This document shows positions 12,111-26,133 of a DNA stretch of 64,000 nt, piece by piece. The translations under genes and the position numbers were made by a program. The notes under the pieces were generated by a model, which saw only the letters and a program-made list of their open reading frames with translations, had not been told where the DNA came from and ran no database searches. The number at the start of each line of letters is the position of its first letter. The stretch's first letter is position 1. The stretch is from Escherichia coli (GTDB lineage: Bacteria; Pseudomonadota; Gammaproteobacteria; Enterobacterales; Enterobacteriaceae), in assembly GCF_030013205.1 (NCBI RefSeq), contig NZ_CP122648.1; one strand, given 5' to 3'.

Positions 12111-12320
12111 ATGGGAAACCGGACAAAAGAGGATGAACTGTACCGAGAAATGTGCAGAGTTGTCGGTAAAGTTGTGCTGGAAATGCGCGATCTGGGGCAG
12201 GAACCAAAGCATATTGTTATCGCAGGCGTATTACGTACAGCATTAGCCAATAAACGCATTCAGCGCAGTGAGCTGGAAAAGCAGGCGATGGAAACCGTCA
12301 TTAACGCACTGGTAAAATGA
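12111..12320 (+). CDS. fumD: fumarase D (YdhZ), 69 aa
   Basis: 69-aa ORF recognised as YdhZ. Confidence 0.85.
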   Translation: MGNRTKEDELYREMCRVVGKVVLEMRDLGQEPKHIVIAGVLRTALANKRIQRSELEKQAMETVINALVK

Positions 12321-12560
12321 CCATTCAGGATGAGGCGATAAGCTTCATCCTGATATTCTTGCTTCAGTTGCGGTCCAGTTAATCATTCTAAATAACAACT
12401 GCTGAAATTATACGAATTTCGGTATGTATTTTAATTTATAACGATAATGTTATTTTTATTTTCTGCAATGAACGTCACAAATAATTGTCGTTTAAGTTAA
12501 ATTTATTTCAAATGATAATAAATATCAGTTCACTTATAATTTCTTGCTTTGTGATTTTAA

Positions 12561-12574
12561 TTGATAACGATCAA
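12561..12574. promoter_or_regulatory. FNR binding site upstream of ydhY
   Basis: Perfect FNR consensus TTGATAACGATCAA (TTGAT-N4-ATCAA) in the AT-rich region upstream of ydhY; the ydhYVWXUT operon is reported to be FNR-activated. Confidence 0.65.
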
Positions 12575-12776
12575 TGTTAAGAGCTCAGAATAATCACATT
12601 ATTTTTTTCTCCTAACCATAAAGGATTAGTTTATCAGCGTTAAGTTTTTTCTCATACACTATCGGGTTAGGGAAAATATCTGGTGTTGGGGACAGAGTCA
12701 GCAGCGTATTAGTTGAATGCTTAATATCAGTCTGCTGAATTGTCAGCACTGTGTTTGCGAAGAGGATGCGAAATAA

Positions 12777-15526
<2,750 letters not shown>

Positions 15527-15529
15527 GGA

Positions 15530-16177
15530 ATGGGTGAGATGAACCATCAGGATGAATTGCCGTTAGCGAAAGTCAGCGAAGTTGATGAGGCGAAGCGGCA
15601 ATGGTTGCAGGGGATGCGTCACCCCGTTGATACGGTAACCGAACCAGAACCTGCTGAAATCCTGGCAGAGTTCATTCGTCAGCATTCTGCGGCTGGGCAG
15701 CTGGTGGCGCGCGCCGTGTTTCTCTCGCCACCCTATTCGGTTGCAGAAGAGGAACTGTCAGTTTTGCTGGAAAGCATTAAGCAGAACGGAGACCACGCGG
15801 ATATCGCTTGTTTGACGGGAAGCCAGGATGATTACTATTACTCAACTCAGGCCATGAGTGAAAACTACGCGGCGATGTCTTTGCAAGTTGTGGAGCAGGA
15901 CATTTGTCGCGCCATTGCACACGCCGTTCGTTTTGAGTGCCAGACGTATCCTCGTCCTTACAAAGTCGCCATGCTGATGCAAGCGCCATATTACTTCCAG
16001 GAAGCGCAGATCGAATCCGCGATCGCCGCGATGGATATTGCACCTGAATATGCTGATATACGGCAGGTGGAGTCATCGACGGCGGTGTTGTACTTGTTTA
16101 GCGAGCGATTTATGACCTATGGCAAGGCGTATGGCTTATGCGAATGGTTCGAGGTAGAGCAGTTTCAGAACCCCTGA
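15530..16177 (+). CDS. ydhW: uncharacterised protein YdhW
   Basis: 215 aa; operon position. Confidence 0.85.
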   Translation: MGEMNHQDELPLAKVSEVDEAKRQWLQGMRHPVDTVTEPEPAEILAEFIRQHSAAGQLVARAVFLSPPYSVAEEELSVLLESIKQNGDHADIACLTGSQDDYYYSTQAMSENYAAMSLQVVEQDICRAIAHAVRFECQTYPRPYKVAMLMQAPYYFQEAQIESAIAAMDIAPEYADIRQVESSTAVLYLFSERFMTYGKAYGLCEWFEVEQFQNP

Positions 16178-16240
16178 AATTTCAGGGAGATGTCATGGAT
16201 AGGGTGGACAGTTGCAGCCACTGCATTAGGGGATAATCAG

Positions 16241-16909
16241 ATGTCCTTCACTCGACGCAAATTTGTTCTGGGGATGGGAACAGTAATCTTTTTTACTGGT
16301 TCTGCGTCTTCTCTGTTAGCGAACACGAGGCAAGAAAAGGAAGTTCGGTATGCCATGATTCATGACGAGTCACGGTGCAATGGCTGTAATATTTGCGCCC
16401 GCGCATGCCGTAAAACTAACCACGTCCCCGCTCAGGGAAGCCGTTTATCGATAGCACACATTCCAGTCACCGATAACGACAACGAAACGCAGTATCACTA
16501 TTTTCGCCAGTCATGCCAGCACTGTGAAGATGCTCCTTGCATCGATGTTTGCCCGACAGGGGCGTCGTGGCGTGATGAGCAGGGGATCGTGCGGGTAGAA
16601 AAATCGCAGTGCATCGGCTGCAGTTATTGCATTGGCGCTTGCCCGTACCAGGTTCGCTACCTTAACCCTGTCACTAAAGTGGCAGATAAATGTGATTTCT
16701 GCGCTGAGTCCCGACTGGCAAAAGGCTTTCCGCCCATTTGCGTCAGCGCCTGCCCGGAACACGCCTTGATCTTTGGTCGCGAAGATAGCCCAGAAATTCA
16801 GGCGTGGTTGCAGGAAAATAAATACTATCAATATCAGCTACCTGGTGCCGGGAAACCGCATCTGTATCGCCGATTCGGTCAACATTTGATTAAAAAGGAA
16901 AATGTATGA
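16241..16909 (+). CDS. ydhX: Tat-exported 4Fe-4S ferredoxin-type subunit YdhX
   Basis: Internal start MSFTRRKFVLGMG carries a twin-arginine motif; several CxxCxxCxxxCP motifs; 222 aa. Confidence 0.88.
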   Translation: MSFTRRKFVLGMGTVIFFTGSASSLLANTRQEKEVRYAMIHDESRCNGCNICARACRKTNHVPAQGSRLSIAHIPVTDNDNETQYHYFRQSCQHCEDAPCIDVCPTGASWRDEQGIVRVEKSQCIGCSYCIGACPYQVRYLNPVTKVADKCDFCAESRLAKGFPPICVSACPEHALIFGREDSPEIQAWLQENKYYQYQLPGAGKPHLYRRFGQHLIKKENV

Positions 16910-17691
16910 ACCCGTCGCAACATGCTGAACAGTTTCAGAGCCTGTTGGCGAACTATGTGCCACAGTTCACTCCCGAATTTTGGCCGGTGTGGTTGATCAT
17001 TGCCGGACTATTGCTGGTTGGGATGTGCTTGGTGCTGGGGCTGCATGCCTTGCTTCGTGCTCGTGGCGTGAAGAAATCAGCCACCGATCATGGTGAGAAG
17101 ATTTATCTTTACAGCAAAGCGGTCAGATTATGGCACTGGTCGAATGCGTTACTCTTTGTATTGTTGCTGGCAAGTGGGCTGATAAATCACTTTGCGCTGG
17201 TGGGCGCAACTGCGGTTAAAAGTCTGGTTGCGGTGCATGAAGTTTGCGGATTTTTGTTACTGGCATGCTGGCTTGGCTTTGTTCTGATCAATGCCGTTGG
17301 GGGTAATGGTCACCACTATCGCATTCGTCGTCAGGGTTGGCTGGAGCGAGCGGCAAAACAAACGCGATTTTATTTGTTTGGTATTATGCAGGGGGAAGAA
17401 CATCCTTTCCCGGCAACAACACAGTCTAAATTTAATCCCTTACAGCAGGTCGCCTATGTTGGTGTCATGTATGGATTGCTGCCGTTGTTACTATTGACGG
17501 GGCTGCTGTGTCTCTATCCGCAAGCCGTGGGAGATGTGTTTCCTGGCGTAAGATACTGGTTATTGCAGGCGCATTTTGCTCTGGCATTTATAAGCCTCTT
17601 TTTTATCTTCGGTCATCTTTATCTTTGCACCACGGGGCGTACGCCACACGAAACCTTTAAAAGCATGGTCGATGGCTATCACCGGCACTAA
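16906..17691 (+). CDS. ydhU: PhsC/NrfD-like integral-membrane cytochrome b-type subunit YdhU
   Basis: 261 aa, hydrophobic; 4-nt overlap with ydhX. Confidence 0.88.
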   Translation: MNPSQHAEQFQSLLANYVPQFTPEFWPVWLIIAGLLLVGMCLVLGLHALLRARGVKKSATDHGEKIYLYSKAVRLWHWSNALLFVLLLASGLINHFALVGATAVKSLVAVHEVCGFLLLACWLGFVLINAVGGNGHHYRIRRQGWLERAAKQTRFYLFGIMQGEEHPFPATTQSKFNPLQQVAYVGVMYGLLPLLLLTGLLCLYPQAVGDVFPGVRYWLLQAHFALAFISLFFIFGHLYLCTTGRTPHETFKSMVDGYHRH

Positions 17692-17694
17692 CGA

Positions 17695-18507
17695 ATGATC
17701 ATTACACGAGCAGACCTGCGAGAATGGCGTATCGGAGCGGTGATGTATCGCTGGTTCCTGCGCCATTTCCCACGCGGCGGTAGTTATGCCGATATTCATC
17801 ATGCACTGATTGAGGAAGGATATACGGACTGGGCGGAGAGTCTGGTTGAGTATGCGTGGAAAAAATGGCTGGCGGATGAAAACTTCGCGCATCAGGAAGT
17901 TTCCTCTATGCAAAAATTGGCCACAGATCCCGGAGAGAGAGCATTTTGTAGTCAGTTTGCCCGCAGCGACGATCATGCTCGCATCGGCTGTTGTGACGAT
18001 AACGCCAGAATCGCAACCGCTGGGTATGCTGCACAAATTGCCAGTATGGGTTATAGCGTGCGGATTGGAAGTGTCGGCTTTAACAGTCACATTGGCAGCT
18101 CCGGTGAGCGTGCACGGGTTGCTGTAACCGGCAATTCTTCGCGGATAAGCAGCGCTGGAGATAGTAGTCGGATTGCGAATACCGGAATGCGAGTACGCGT
18201 TTGTACATTGGGTGAACGGTGTCATGTCGCCAGTAATGGTGACCTGGTGCAAATCGCCAGCTTTGGCGCAAACGCCAGAATTGCCAACAGCGGCGACAAT
18301 GTATACATCATTGCCAGCGGTGAAGATTCAACAGTAGTGAGCACGGGCGTGGTCGACTCAATTATTCTCGGGCCAGGGGGAAGCGCCGCACTGGCATATC
18401 ATGACGGCGAAAGAGTTCGCTTCGCCGTCGCCATTGAAGGTGAAAACAATATTCGAGCCGGAGTCCGCTATCGCCTTAATGAACAGCATCAGTTTGTTGA
18501 GTGCTGA
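17695..18507 (+). CDS. ydhT: uncharacterised protein YdhT with internal degenerate short repeats
   Basis: 270 aa; repeats of the type ARIA/SRIS/VRIG with about 13-aa spacing in the central region. Confidence 0.85.
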   Translation: MIITRADLREWRIGAVMYRWFLRHFPRGGSYADIHHALIEEGYTDWAESLVEYAWKKWLADENFAHQEVSSMQKLATDPGERAFCSQFARSDDHARIGCCDDNARIATAGYAAQIASMGYSVRIGSVGFNSHIGSSGERARVAVTGNSSRISSAGDSSRIANTGMRVRVCTLGERCHVASNGDLVQIASFGANARIANSGDNVYIIASGEDSTVVSTGVVDSIILGPGGSAALAYHDGERVRFAVAIEGENNIRAGVRYRLNEQHQFVEC

Positions 18508-18512
18508 TAGCT

Positions 18513-20123
18513 TTACATTTGATTAAACGAAAGACGCTGACGAGCACGGGATGCAGGCTTTACGACCGCCTGAGCCATCGCCTCACCAATTTCTGCACAT
18601 GCCGTAAGTCCCTGTACGAATGGCTGGTCGTGCATCAACCAGGGCAACGCGCCGAACGCTACGCGCCCACGAATTTCTTCGGGTTGCTGTAGCGTATAAT
18701 CTTCGCCAACATCAGGGATTTCATCCCCTGTTTTCTGTAATTGTTCGCGTAGTCCAGGGAAAGGAATATCTTTCACTTTAAGCGGACGCTGCCCGCGGGC
18801 ATCAATAAAAACGTCAAACGAGTAGCTGTTGTCTTCCGTTTTCAGGACGGTGCGCGACTCATTAATTTCCATTTCGTAGTCTTCACCGAGGGCGAGAATA
18901 TGAATGATTCCCGCTTCACGTAAGGCCAGCAGCCGACGAATAGACTCTGAAGGGATTGCCGCATAATTATCGATGAAAACCCGGGCAAGGCTTTTACTGA
19001 ACCGTTTATGGTCGAGTTCATTCAGATGAGGAACAATTTCCTGTACGGCTTCATGCAGGCGCAGAATGACATAACGCCAGGGAACAGTATGTTTTTCTCG
19101 TTTATTGCGTTCGACTTCCTGGAGATTTTTTTCTGCCCAGTCGAACGGGTCGCGTTGTTTGCGCTCGGCAAACCAGGCTTGAGCAAAGGAATCGACATTC
19201 AGGCTTTCTAAGGCTATGCGTTGGCTCCAGTCTGGATCAGCAAATTTGATTTCCTCTACTATCAATCTAAATACCCGATCCAAAAGGCCCTCTTCGCCTT
19301 TTTGAATCTCAGCATTTAATGCTTGATCAGTGACGATGTGTAAGGGCTCGTAGGGAATAGGGCAATAGAAATCGGCTTCGGGTAGAATACCTGTGCGCGA
19401 CATTAACGTAATATTTAGCTTTTCACTTGCGTTATCGCGGTGAAAAATGACGTGTTGTTTATCATCTTCAATGAACGAACCATGCTGAATAGCCACTGCC
19501 ATTGCCGCATCTAGTCCGCTCAAGGATGTTCCCATAATACCCACGTTACACGCATCGACCTTTGCTTCCATCAGGCCTGACCACGGGCTGGGAAAATACG
19601 TTCTGGTTGCTTCTTCTTCATCAGGCCAGACGTGACCCGTCGCGATCACTGCTAAATCAAACGTCTCGCTGGGTAAATCCTGATTTGTAGCGAGCATGAC
19701 GCCAGCATTTATAATTTGCAGATCGGTAACCTGGCATGATTCATAAACAGCCACTGCAAATTTTTGCTGTCGTGCCTGGTCTACTAATCGTAAAAATTGA
19801 TCGCGGAAATATTCGCCCAGCAGAATTCGCGGTAAAAACTGACGATCGTGCAAGGTTTCTTTTTTAACGCCATAACGCTGGAGATGGCTGGCTTCTTGCT
19901 TTTGTAGCCATTCGAGATACGTACAATAAATCGGCGGTATTTCAATACTGGCAATATTTGCCAGCATCATTTTTGAGTTTTCCTCATCACTGTATGGCAT
20001 CCCGACACCGGCTTCATCAGCCTGCTCGAAGATAGAAATAGAAAGTGGAGTTTGTTGCTGTAGAAGCGAGAATAAGGTGTAGATCCCCGTAGGCCCGGCA
20101 CCCACAATAGCAATTTTTTTCAT
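18513..20123 (-). CDS. ydhS: FAD/NAD(P)-binding protein YdhS
   Basis: 536 aa; N-terminal Rossmann motif IAIVGAGPTG. Confidence 0.88.
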   Translation of the reverse strand: MKKIAIVGAGPTGIYTLFSLLQQQTPLSISIFEQADEAGVGMPYSDEENSKMMLANIASIEIPPIYCTYLEWLQKQEASHLQRYGVKKETLHDRQFLPRILLGEYFRDQFLRLVDQARQQKFAVAVYESCQVTDLQIINAGVMLATNQDLPSETFDLAVIATGHVWPDEEEATRTYFPSPWSGLMEAKVDACNVGIMGTSLSGLDAAMAVAIQHGSFIEDDKQHVIFHRDNASEKLNITLMSRTGILPEADFYCPIPYEPLHIVTDQALNAEIQKGEEGLLDRVFRLIVEEIKFADPDWSQRIALESLNVDSFAQAWFAERKQRDPFDWAEKNLQEVERNKREKHTVPWRYVILRLHEAVQEIVPHLNELDHKRFSKSLARVFIDNYAAIPSESIRRLLALREAGIIHILALGEDYEMEINESRTVLKTEDNSYSFDVFIDARGQRPLKVKDIPFPGLREQLQKTGDEIPDVGEDYTLQQPEEIRGRVAFGALPWLMHDQPFVQGLTACAEIGEAMAQAVVKPASRARQRLSFNQM

Positions 20124-20212
20124 TGTTACTTACCTGTACGCATTCTTTCGAATTTAGTGTTATCAGATAAGTTTGGTTGAGATTTTTAGAATTTGAGAAA
20201 TTTCAGACAGGG

Positions 20213-20238
20213 ATGAAAAGGGCGCTAACCGCCCTTGA
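20213..20238 (-). terminator. putative intrinsic terminator after ydhR
   Basis: Hairpin AAGGGCG-CTAAC-CGCCCTT followed by a T-rich tract on the minus strand. Confidence 0.55.
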
Positions 20239-20248
20239 TTAAATTCTG

Positions 20249-20554
20249 TCAGGCGAGTTTTGCCTGACTGATTTGACTAAGTGGCTCATTGACATCGAAA
20301 ACTTTGGCGACAACTTCCTCAACGCCGAGATTTTTCAGTCGGGCAGTATGTTTTTCCAGATAGGCAAGGGCGTTTTTTTCATCAGTAAAAAGGTAGATCC
20401 CACCGGCTTCGTGGTTCTTTTCACTTTCTGTCCATACCTTCCACAGAAAACCAGGTTCCTGATTAATCGACTCAGCAAGCGGTTTAAGCTGCTCAGCCAT
20501 TGCGTCGCCAAATGGGCCATTGAAAGAAAAATGAAGTTGTAACAAAGTTGCCAT
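20249..20554 (-). CDS. ydhR: putative monooxygenase YdhR (Dabb-type)
   Basis: 101-aa ORF recognised as YdhR. Confidence 0.85.
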   Translation of the reverse strand: MATLLQLHFSFNGPFGDAMAEQLKPLAESINQEPGFLWKVWTESEKNHEAGGIYLFTDEKNALAYLEKHTARLKNLGVEEVVAKVFDVNEPLSQISQAKLA

Positions 20555-20662
20555 AGCGATTCTCCTTCTGATAACGCATACGAAGACAGTGTAAATCTTT
20601 TAACGTATTGGATACAGAGAAGAAACAGAGGGAAAAAAGGAGAAGACCAGATTAAGAAAATC

Positions 20663-20739
20663 TGGTGCGTCCGAGTGGACTCGAACCACCGACCCCCACC
20701 ATGTCAAGGTGGTGCTCTAACCAACTGAGCTACGGACGC
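20663..20739 (-). tRNA. valW: tRNA-Val (anticodon GAC), valW-type
   Basis: Reverse complement reads GCGTCCGTAGCTCAGTTGGTTAGAGCACCACCTTGACATGGTGGGGGTCGGTGGTTCGAGTCCACTCGGACGCACCA with encoded CCA. Confidence 0.95.
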
Positions 20740-20743
20740 AGGA

Positions 20744-20820
20744 TGGTGCGTTCAATTGGACTCGAACCAACGACCCCCACCATGTCAAGGTGGTGCTCTA
20801 ACCAACTGAGCTATGAACGC
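20744..20820 (-). tRNA. valV: tRNA-Val (anticodon GAC), valV-type
   Basis: Reverse complement reads GCGTTCATAGCTCAGTTGGTTAGAGCACCACCTTGACATGGTGGGGGTCGTTGGTTCGAGTCCAATTGAACGCACCA; 4-nt spacer to valW. Confidence 0.95.
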
Positions 20821-21128
20821 AACGTTGTAGGTGACAACGGGGACGAATATTAGCGGCAGAGTGGGAAGGTGGCAAGAGGCAAAACGTAATTTTCTGCGCT
20901 ATTTCGACCGTTTGCAGAGCTTTTAAGCAAATTGGCTATATTTTGTTGATTTGCAAGGGCGATTTTTATTCAGGATCGCATTTACATCTGACACAACCCA
21001 ATAATCTGTGTATCAGAGTTTAAACAGAGTTGTTTGCCACCATCTCAAAATCTGTCGTGGATAAATCCTCCGTAGCCTTTACACTTAGGTAGCAATAAAG
21101 GCACACAGATGCAGCAAAGGAATAAATC

Positions 21129-22385
21129 ATGGGATCTGATGCGAAAAACTTGATGAGCGACGGGAACGTGCAAATTGTTAAGACCGGCGAGGTCATTGGC
21201 GCGACGCAACTTACTGAAGGTGAGTTAATTGTTGAAGCTGGCGCAAGAGCCGAAAATACCGTGGTCACGGGGGCTGGCTGGTTGAAAGTGGCAACCGGTG
21301 GGATCGCCAAATGTACACAGTACGGCAACAATGGCACGCTATCGGTCAGTGACGGTGCCATTGCCACAGATATTGTTCAGTCAGAGGGAGGCGCAATTAG
21401 TCTCTCTACGCTCGCTACGGTTAATGGCCGCCATCCCGAAGGTGAATTTAGCGTTGATCAGGGTTATGCCTGCGGTTTGTTGCTGGAAAATGGCGGTAAC
21501 CTGCGTGTACTGGAAGGCCATCGCGCGGAAAAAATCATTCTCGATCAAGAGGGCGGCCTGTTGGTCAATGGGACAACCTCAGCGGTCGTGGTAGATGAAG
21601 GTGGTGAATTGTTGGTGTATCCAGGTGGGGAAGCCAGCAATTGTGAGATTAATCAGGGCGGCGTTTTTATGCTGGCCGGGAAAGCCAGTGATACGTTGCT
21701 TGCTGGTGGTACCATGAATAATCTCGGTGGTGAAGACTCTGACACTATTGTTGAGAATGGAGCCATTTATCGTCTGGGGACGGATGGCCTTCAGCTCTAT
21801 AGTTCCGGTAAGACGCAAAACCTGTCCGTTAATGTGGGTGGTCGGGCTGAAGTGCATGCCGGTACGCTGGAAAACGCGGTAATACAAGGTGGGACAGTGA
21901 TCTTGTTGTCACCCACCAGCGCGGACGAAAATTTTGTCGTAGAGGAAGATCGCGCACCGGTTGAACTGACCGGGAGTGTTGCATTACTGGACGGCGCTTC
22001 AATGATTATTGGCTATGGCGCAGATCTGCAACAATCAACGATTACTGTACAGCAGGGCGGTGTGTTGATTCTCGACGGCAGTACGGTAAAAGGTGACAGT
22101 GTCACTTTCAGTGTTGGTAACATCAATCTGAATGGCGGAAAACTGTGGCTGATCACTGATGCGGCAACGCAGGTGCATCTGAAAGTGAAACGCCTGCGTG
22201 GAGAGGGAGCGATTTGCCTGCAAACCAGTGCGAAAGAAATTTCACCTGACTTCATCAATGTGAAAGGGGAAGTTACTGGTGATATACACGTTGAGATAAC
22301 AGATGCCAGTCGGCAAACTCTGTGTAACGCACTGAAACTACAGCCAGACGAAGACGGGATTGGCGCAACGCTCCAGCCTGCGTAA
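21129..22385 (+). CDS. ydhQ: autotransporter-passenger-like repeat protein YdhQ (no beta-barrel translocator or obvious signal peptide)
   Basis: 418 aa; Gly-rich beta-helix-type repeats with about 19-20 aa period. Confidence 0.85.
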   Translation: MGSDAKNLMSDGNVQIVKTGEVIGATQLTEGELIVEAGARAENTVVTGAGWLKVATGGIAKCTQYGNNGTLSVSDGAIATDIVQSEGGAISLSTLATVNGRHPEGEFSVDQGYACGLLLENGGNLRVLEGHRAEKIILDQEGGLLVNGTTSAVVVDEGGELLVYPGGEASNCEINQGGVFMLAGKASDTLLAGGTMNNLGGEDSDTIVENGAIYRLGTDGLQLYSSGKTQNLSVNVGGRAEVHAGTLENAVIQGGTVILLSPTSADENFVVEEDRAPVELTGSVALLDGASMIIGYGADLQQSTITVQQGGVLILDGSTVKGDSVTFSVGNINLNGGKLWLITDAATQVHLKVKRLRGEGAICLQTSAKEISPDFINVKGEVTGDIHVEITDASRQTLCNALKLQPDEDGIGATLQPA

Positions 22386-22425
22386 AAACACAGGCGCAAC
22401 CCGTGAAGGTTGCGCCTTGTCTTTA

Positions 22426-23820
<1,395 letters not shown>

Positions 23821-24013
23821 TTATATGAGAGACTAAAAAGCCGCCTGAATGGGCAGCAAAAAGAAGAAGCAGGGGAAATTCAGTCTATTGTAGCGAGGAT
23901 TTATTAATTCTCCAGTGAAAAAATAGTCATTCTTACCCCTTCACTGGTAAGGGCGTTTGCCACCTGCTATTGTGCTGAACAGAATGTCTTAACTGATTTC
24001 AGGAGTTGTAAGT

Positions 24014-24655
24014 ATGTTTACGGGGATTGTACAGGGCACCGCAAAACTGGTGTCGATTGACGAGAAACCAAATTTTCGCACGCATGTGGTGGAGTTACCC
24101 GACCACATGCTGGACGGCCTGGAAACCGGTGCGTCCGTGGCGCATAACGGTTGCTGCCTGACCGTGACGGAAATTAACGGCAACCATGTCAGTTTTGACC
24201 TGATGAAAGAAACGTTACGCATTACTAATCTTGGCGATTTAAAAGTGGGGGATTGGGTAAACGTTGAGCGTGCGGCGAAATTCAGTGATGAAATTGGCGG
24301 ACACTTAATGTCAGGTCATATTATGACCACCGCTGAAGTGGCGAAAATATTAACCTCGGAAAATAATCGCCAGATCTGGTTTAAAGTCCAGGATAGTCAG
24401 TTGATGAAATATATTCTGTACAAAGGATTTATTGGCATCGACGGTATTAGCCTGACCGTCGGCGAAGTCACGCCAACGCGTTTTTGCGTCCATTTAATTC
24501 CGGAAACACTGGAACGCACGACTCTTGGGAAGAAAAAACTTGGCGCACGCGTCAACATTGAAATCGATCCACAAACTCAGGCAGTGGTAGATACGGTAGA
24601 ACGAGTGCTGGCGGCACGAGAAAATGCCATGAATCAACCAGGTACAGAAGCCTGA
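24014..24655 (+). CDS. ribC: riboflavin synthase alpha subunit
   Basis: 213 aa [16 protein letters not shown]...; two lumazine-binding repeats. Confidence 0.93.
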   Translation: MFTGIVQGTAKLVSIDEKPNFRTHVVELPDHMLDGLETGASVAHNGCCLTVTEINGNHVSFDLMKETLRITNLGDLKVGDWVNVERAAKFSDEIGGHLMSGHIMTTAEVAKILTSENNRQIWFKVQDSQLMKYILYKGFIGIDGISLTVGEVTPTRFCVHLIPETLERTTLGKKKLGARVNIEIDPQTQAVVDTVERVLAARENAMNQPGTEA

Positions 24656-24661
24656 TCTGAA

Positions 24662-24684
24662 ATCGCCCCCGGAGAGGGGGCGAT
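24662..24684. terminator. hairpin between convergent ribC and cfa (probable bidirectional terminator)
   Basis: ATCGCCCCC-GGAGAG-GGGGCGAT perfect stem; weak T-tract. Confidence 0.5.
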
Positions 24685-24694
24685 AGAATAGCCT

Positions 24695-25843
24695 TTAGCG
24701 AGCCACTCGAAGGCCGTTTTCAACACCGCGTGAGAACACGACCTGCCAGAGCTGAATATCACGGGCGCGGAAAGCACCTGCACAGGCATTCAGATAATAG
24801 GTAAACATCCGTTTAAAGCGTTCACTGTAGTTATCTGCAATTTCTGGCCATGCGGCGAGGAATCGTTCATACCACGCCATCAAGGTAGTATCGTAATCAG
24901 CACCGAAGTTATGCCAGTCTTCCATCACAAAGTGGGGTTCGCTGGACTGAGCAATCTGGCGTACAGAGGGCAGGCAACCGTTCGGAAAAATATATTTATT
25001 AATCCAGGGATCAACATTCAGATCGGTTTTTTTCGAACCGATAGTATGGAGCAGGAATATGCCTTCCGGTTTCAAATTACGATCCACCACCGCAAAATAA
25101 GTATCGTAATTTTTCGGTCCGACGTGCTCGAACATCCCCACAGAAACAATACGATCAAACTGGTCGTTCAGGTCACGATAATCTTGCAGCAAAATGGTGA
25201 CATCCAGGCCTTCGCAGCGTTCCTGAGCCATTTTTTGCTGTTCGGCAGAAATGGTGACGCCAACCACGCTTACGTCATAATTAGATGCCATGTAGTGCGC
25301 CAGTCCGCCCCAGCCGCAGCCAATATCCAGTACGCGCATCCCTGGTTTTAACTGCAATTTTTCACAAATCATTTTGAGCTTCGCCTGCTGGGCAGATTCC
25401 AGATTATCGGCATCTTTCCAGTAAGCGCAGGAATATTGCATGAAGGGATCAAGCATGCGGCTGAACAAGTCATTACCCAAATCGTAATGCTCTTTGCCGA
25501 CTATCCAGGCACGTTTTTTACTCTGCAGATTGAAGAGACGAGCGCCGGCAATACGCAGCGTGTCTTTGAAATGATGGGGGAGTTGGTTCTCGAGACCTGC
25601 GCGTAAGACTTTGCTAAAAAACATATCCAGTCGGTCACATTCCCACCAGCCATCCATATAACTTTCGCCTAACCCCAACGATCCTTCCTGCAGAACGCGT
25701 TTAAAAAAATCGGGGTTTTTCACATGAATATCCGCCGGGGCAGAACCGTTAATGGCTATACCGGCACGGCTAAGTAATTCGTTGGCGATACGGTACCAGT
25801 TGTCATCCGGTACACTGACTTCTTCTATACACGATGAACTCAT
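24695..25843 (-). CDS. cfa: cyclopropane-fatty-acyl-phospholipid synthase
   Basis: 382 aa; SAM-methyltransferase motif VLDIGCGWGG. Confidence 0.95.
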   Translation of the reverse strand: MSSSCIEEVSVPDDNWYRIANELLSRAGIAINGSAPADIHVKNPDFFKRVLQEGSLGLGESYMDGWWECDRLDMFFSKVLRAGLENQLPHHFKDTLRIAGARLFNLQSKKRAWIVGKEHYDLGNDLFSRMLDPFMQYSCAYWKDADNLESAQQAKLKMICEKLQLKPGMRVLDIGCGWGGLAHYMASNYDVSVVGVTISAEQQKMAQERCEGLDVTILLQDYRDLNDQFDRIVSVGMFEHVGPKNYDTYFAVVDRNLKPEGIFLLHTIGSKKTDLNVDPWINKYIFPNGCLPSVRQIAQSSEPHFVMEDWHNFGADYDTTLMAWYERFLAAWPEIADNYSERFKRMFTYYLNACAGAFRARDIQLWQVVFSRGVENGLRVAR

Positions 25844-26133
25844 AGTTTCTCCATCACTGGTCGGTGATCAGAACCTTAAAACAGCGTAGACGCTTTTTGG
25901 GCTTTGTGAGAAATCTCGCAGAAAAAACCGCGAGTCTATAATCCGACGTAGAACAGAGGGAAAGGAGGAACCCTTGCCGAAATGACCATCCATAGCGAGT
26001 CGGGAACGATCCTGTCCCCGTAAAAACATAATATTTATCGTAGCTTTAACAACTCGAAATTAGTATAGGCCGCTAATTTCAATCATACAACAAAATTTTG
26101 TTAGCAGCCTAAGTATAATCATATCGATATAGA

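Noticed and set aside
20555-21128. Possible genomic island or integrase next to the valV-valW tRNA pair
   Set aside because: The tRNAs are flanked directly by ydhR and ydhQ, both in conserved core order; no integrase, direct repeat of the tRNA 3' end, or foreign-looking gene block is present
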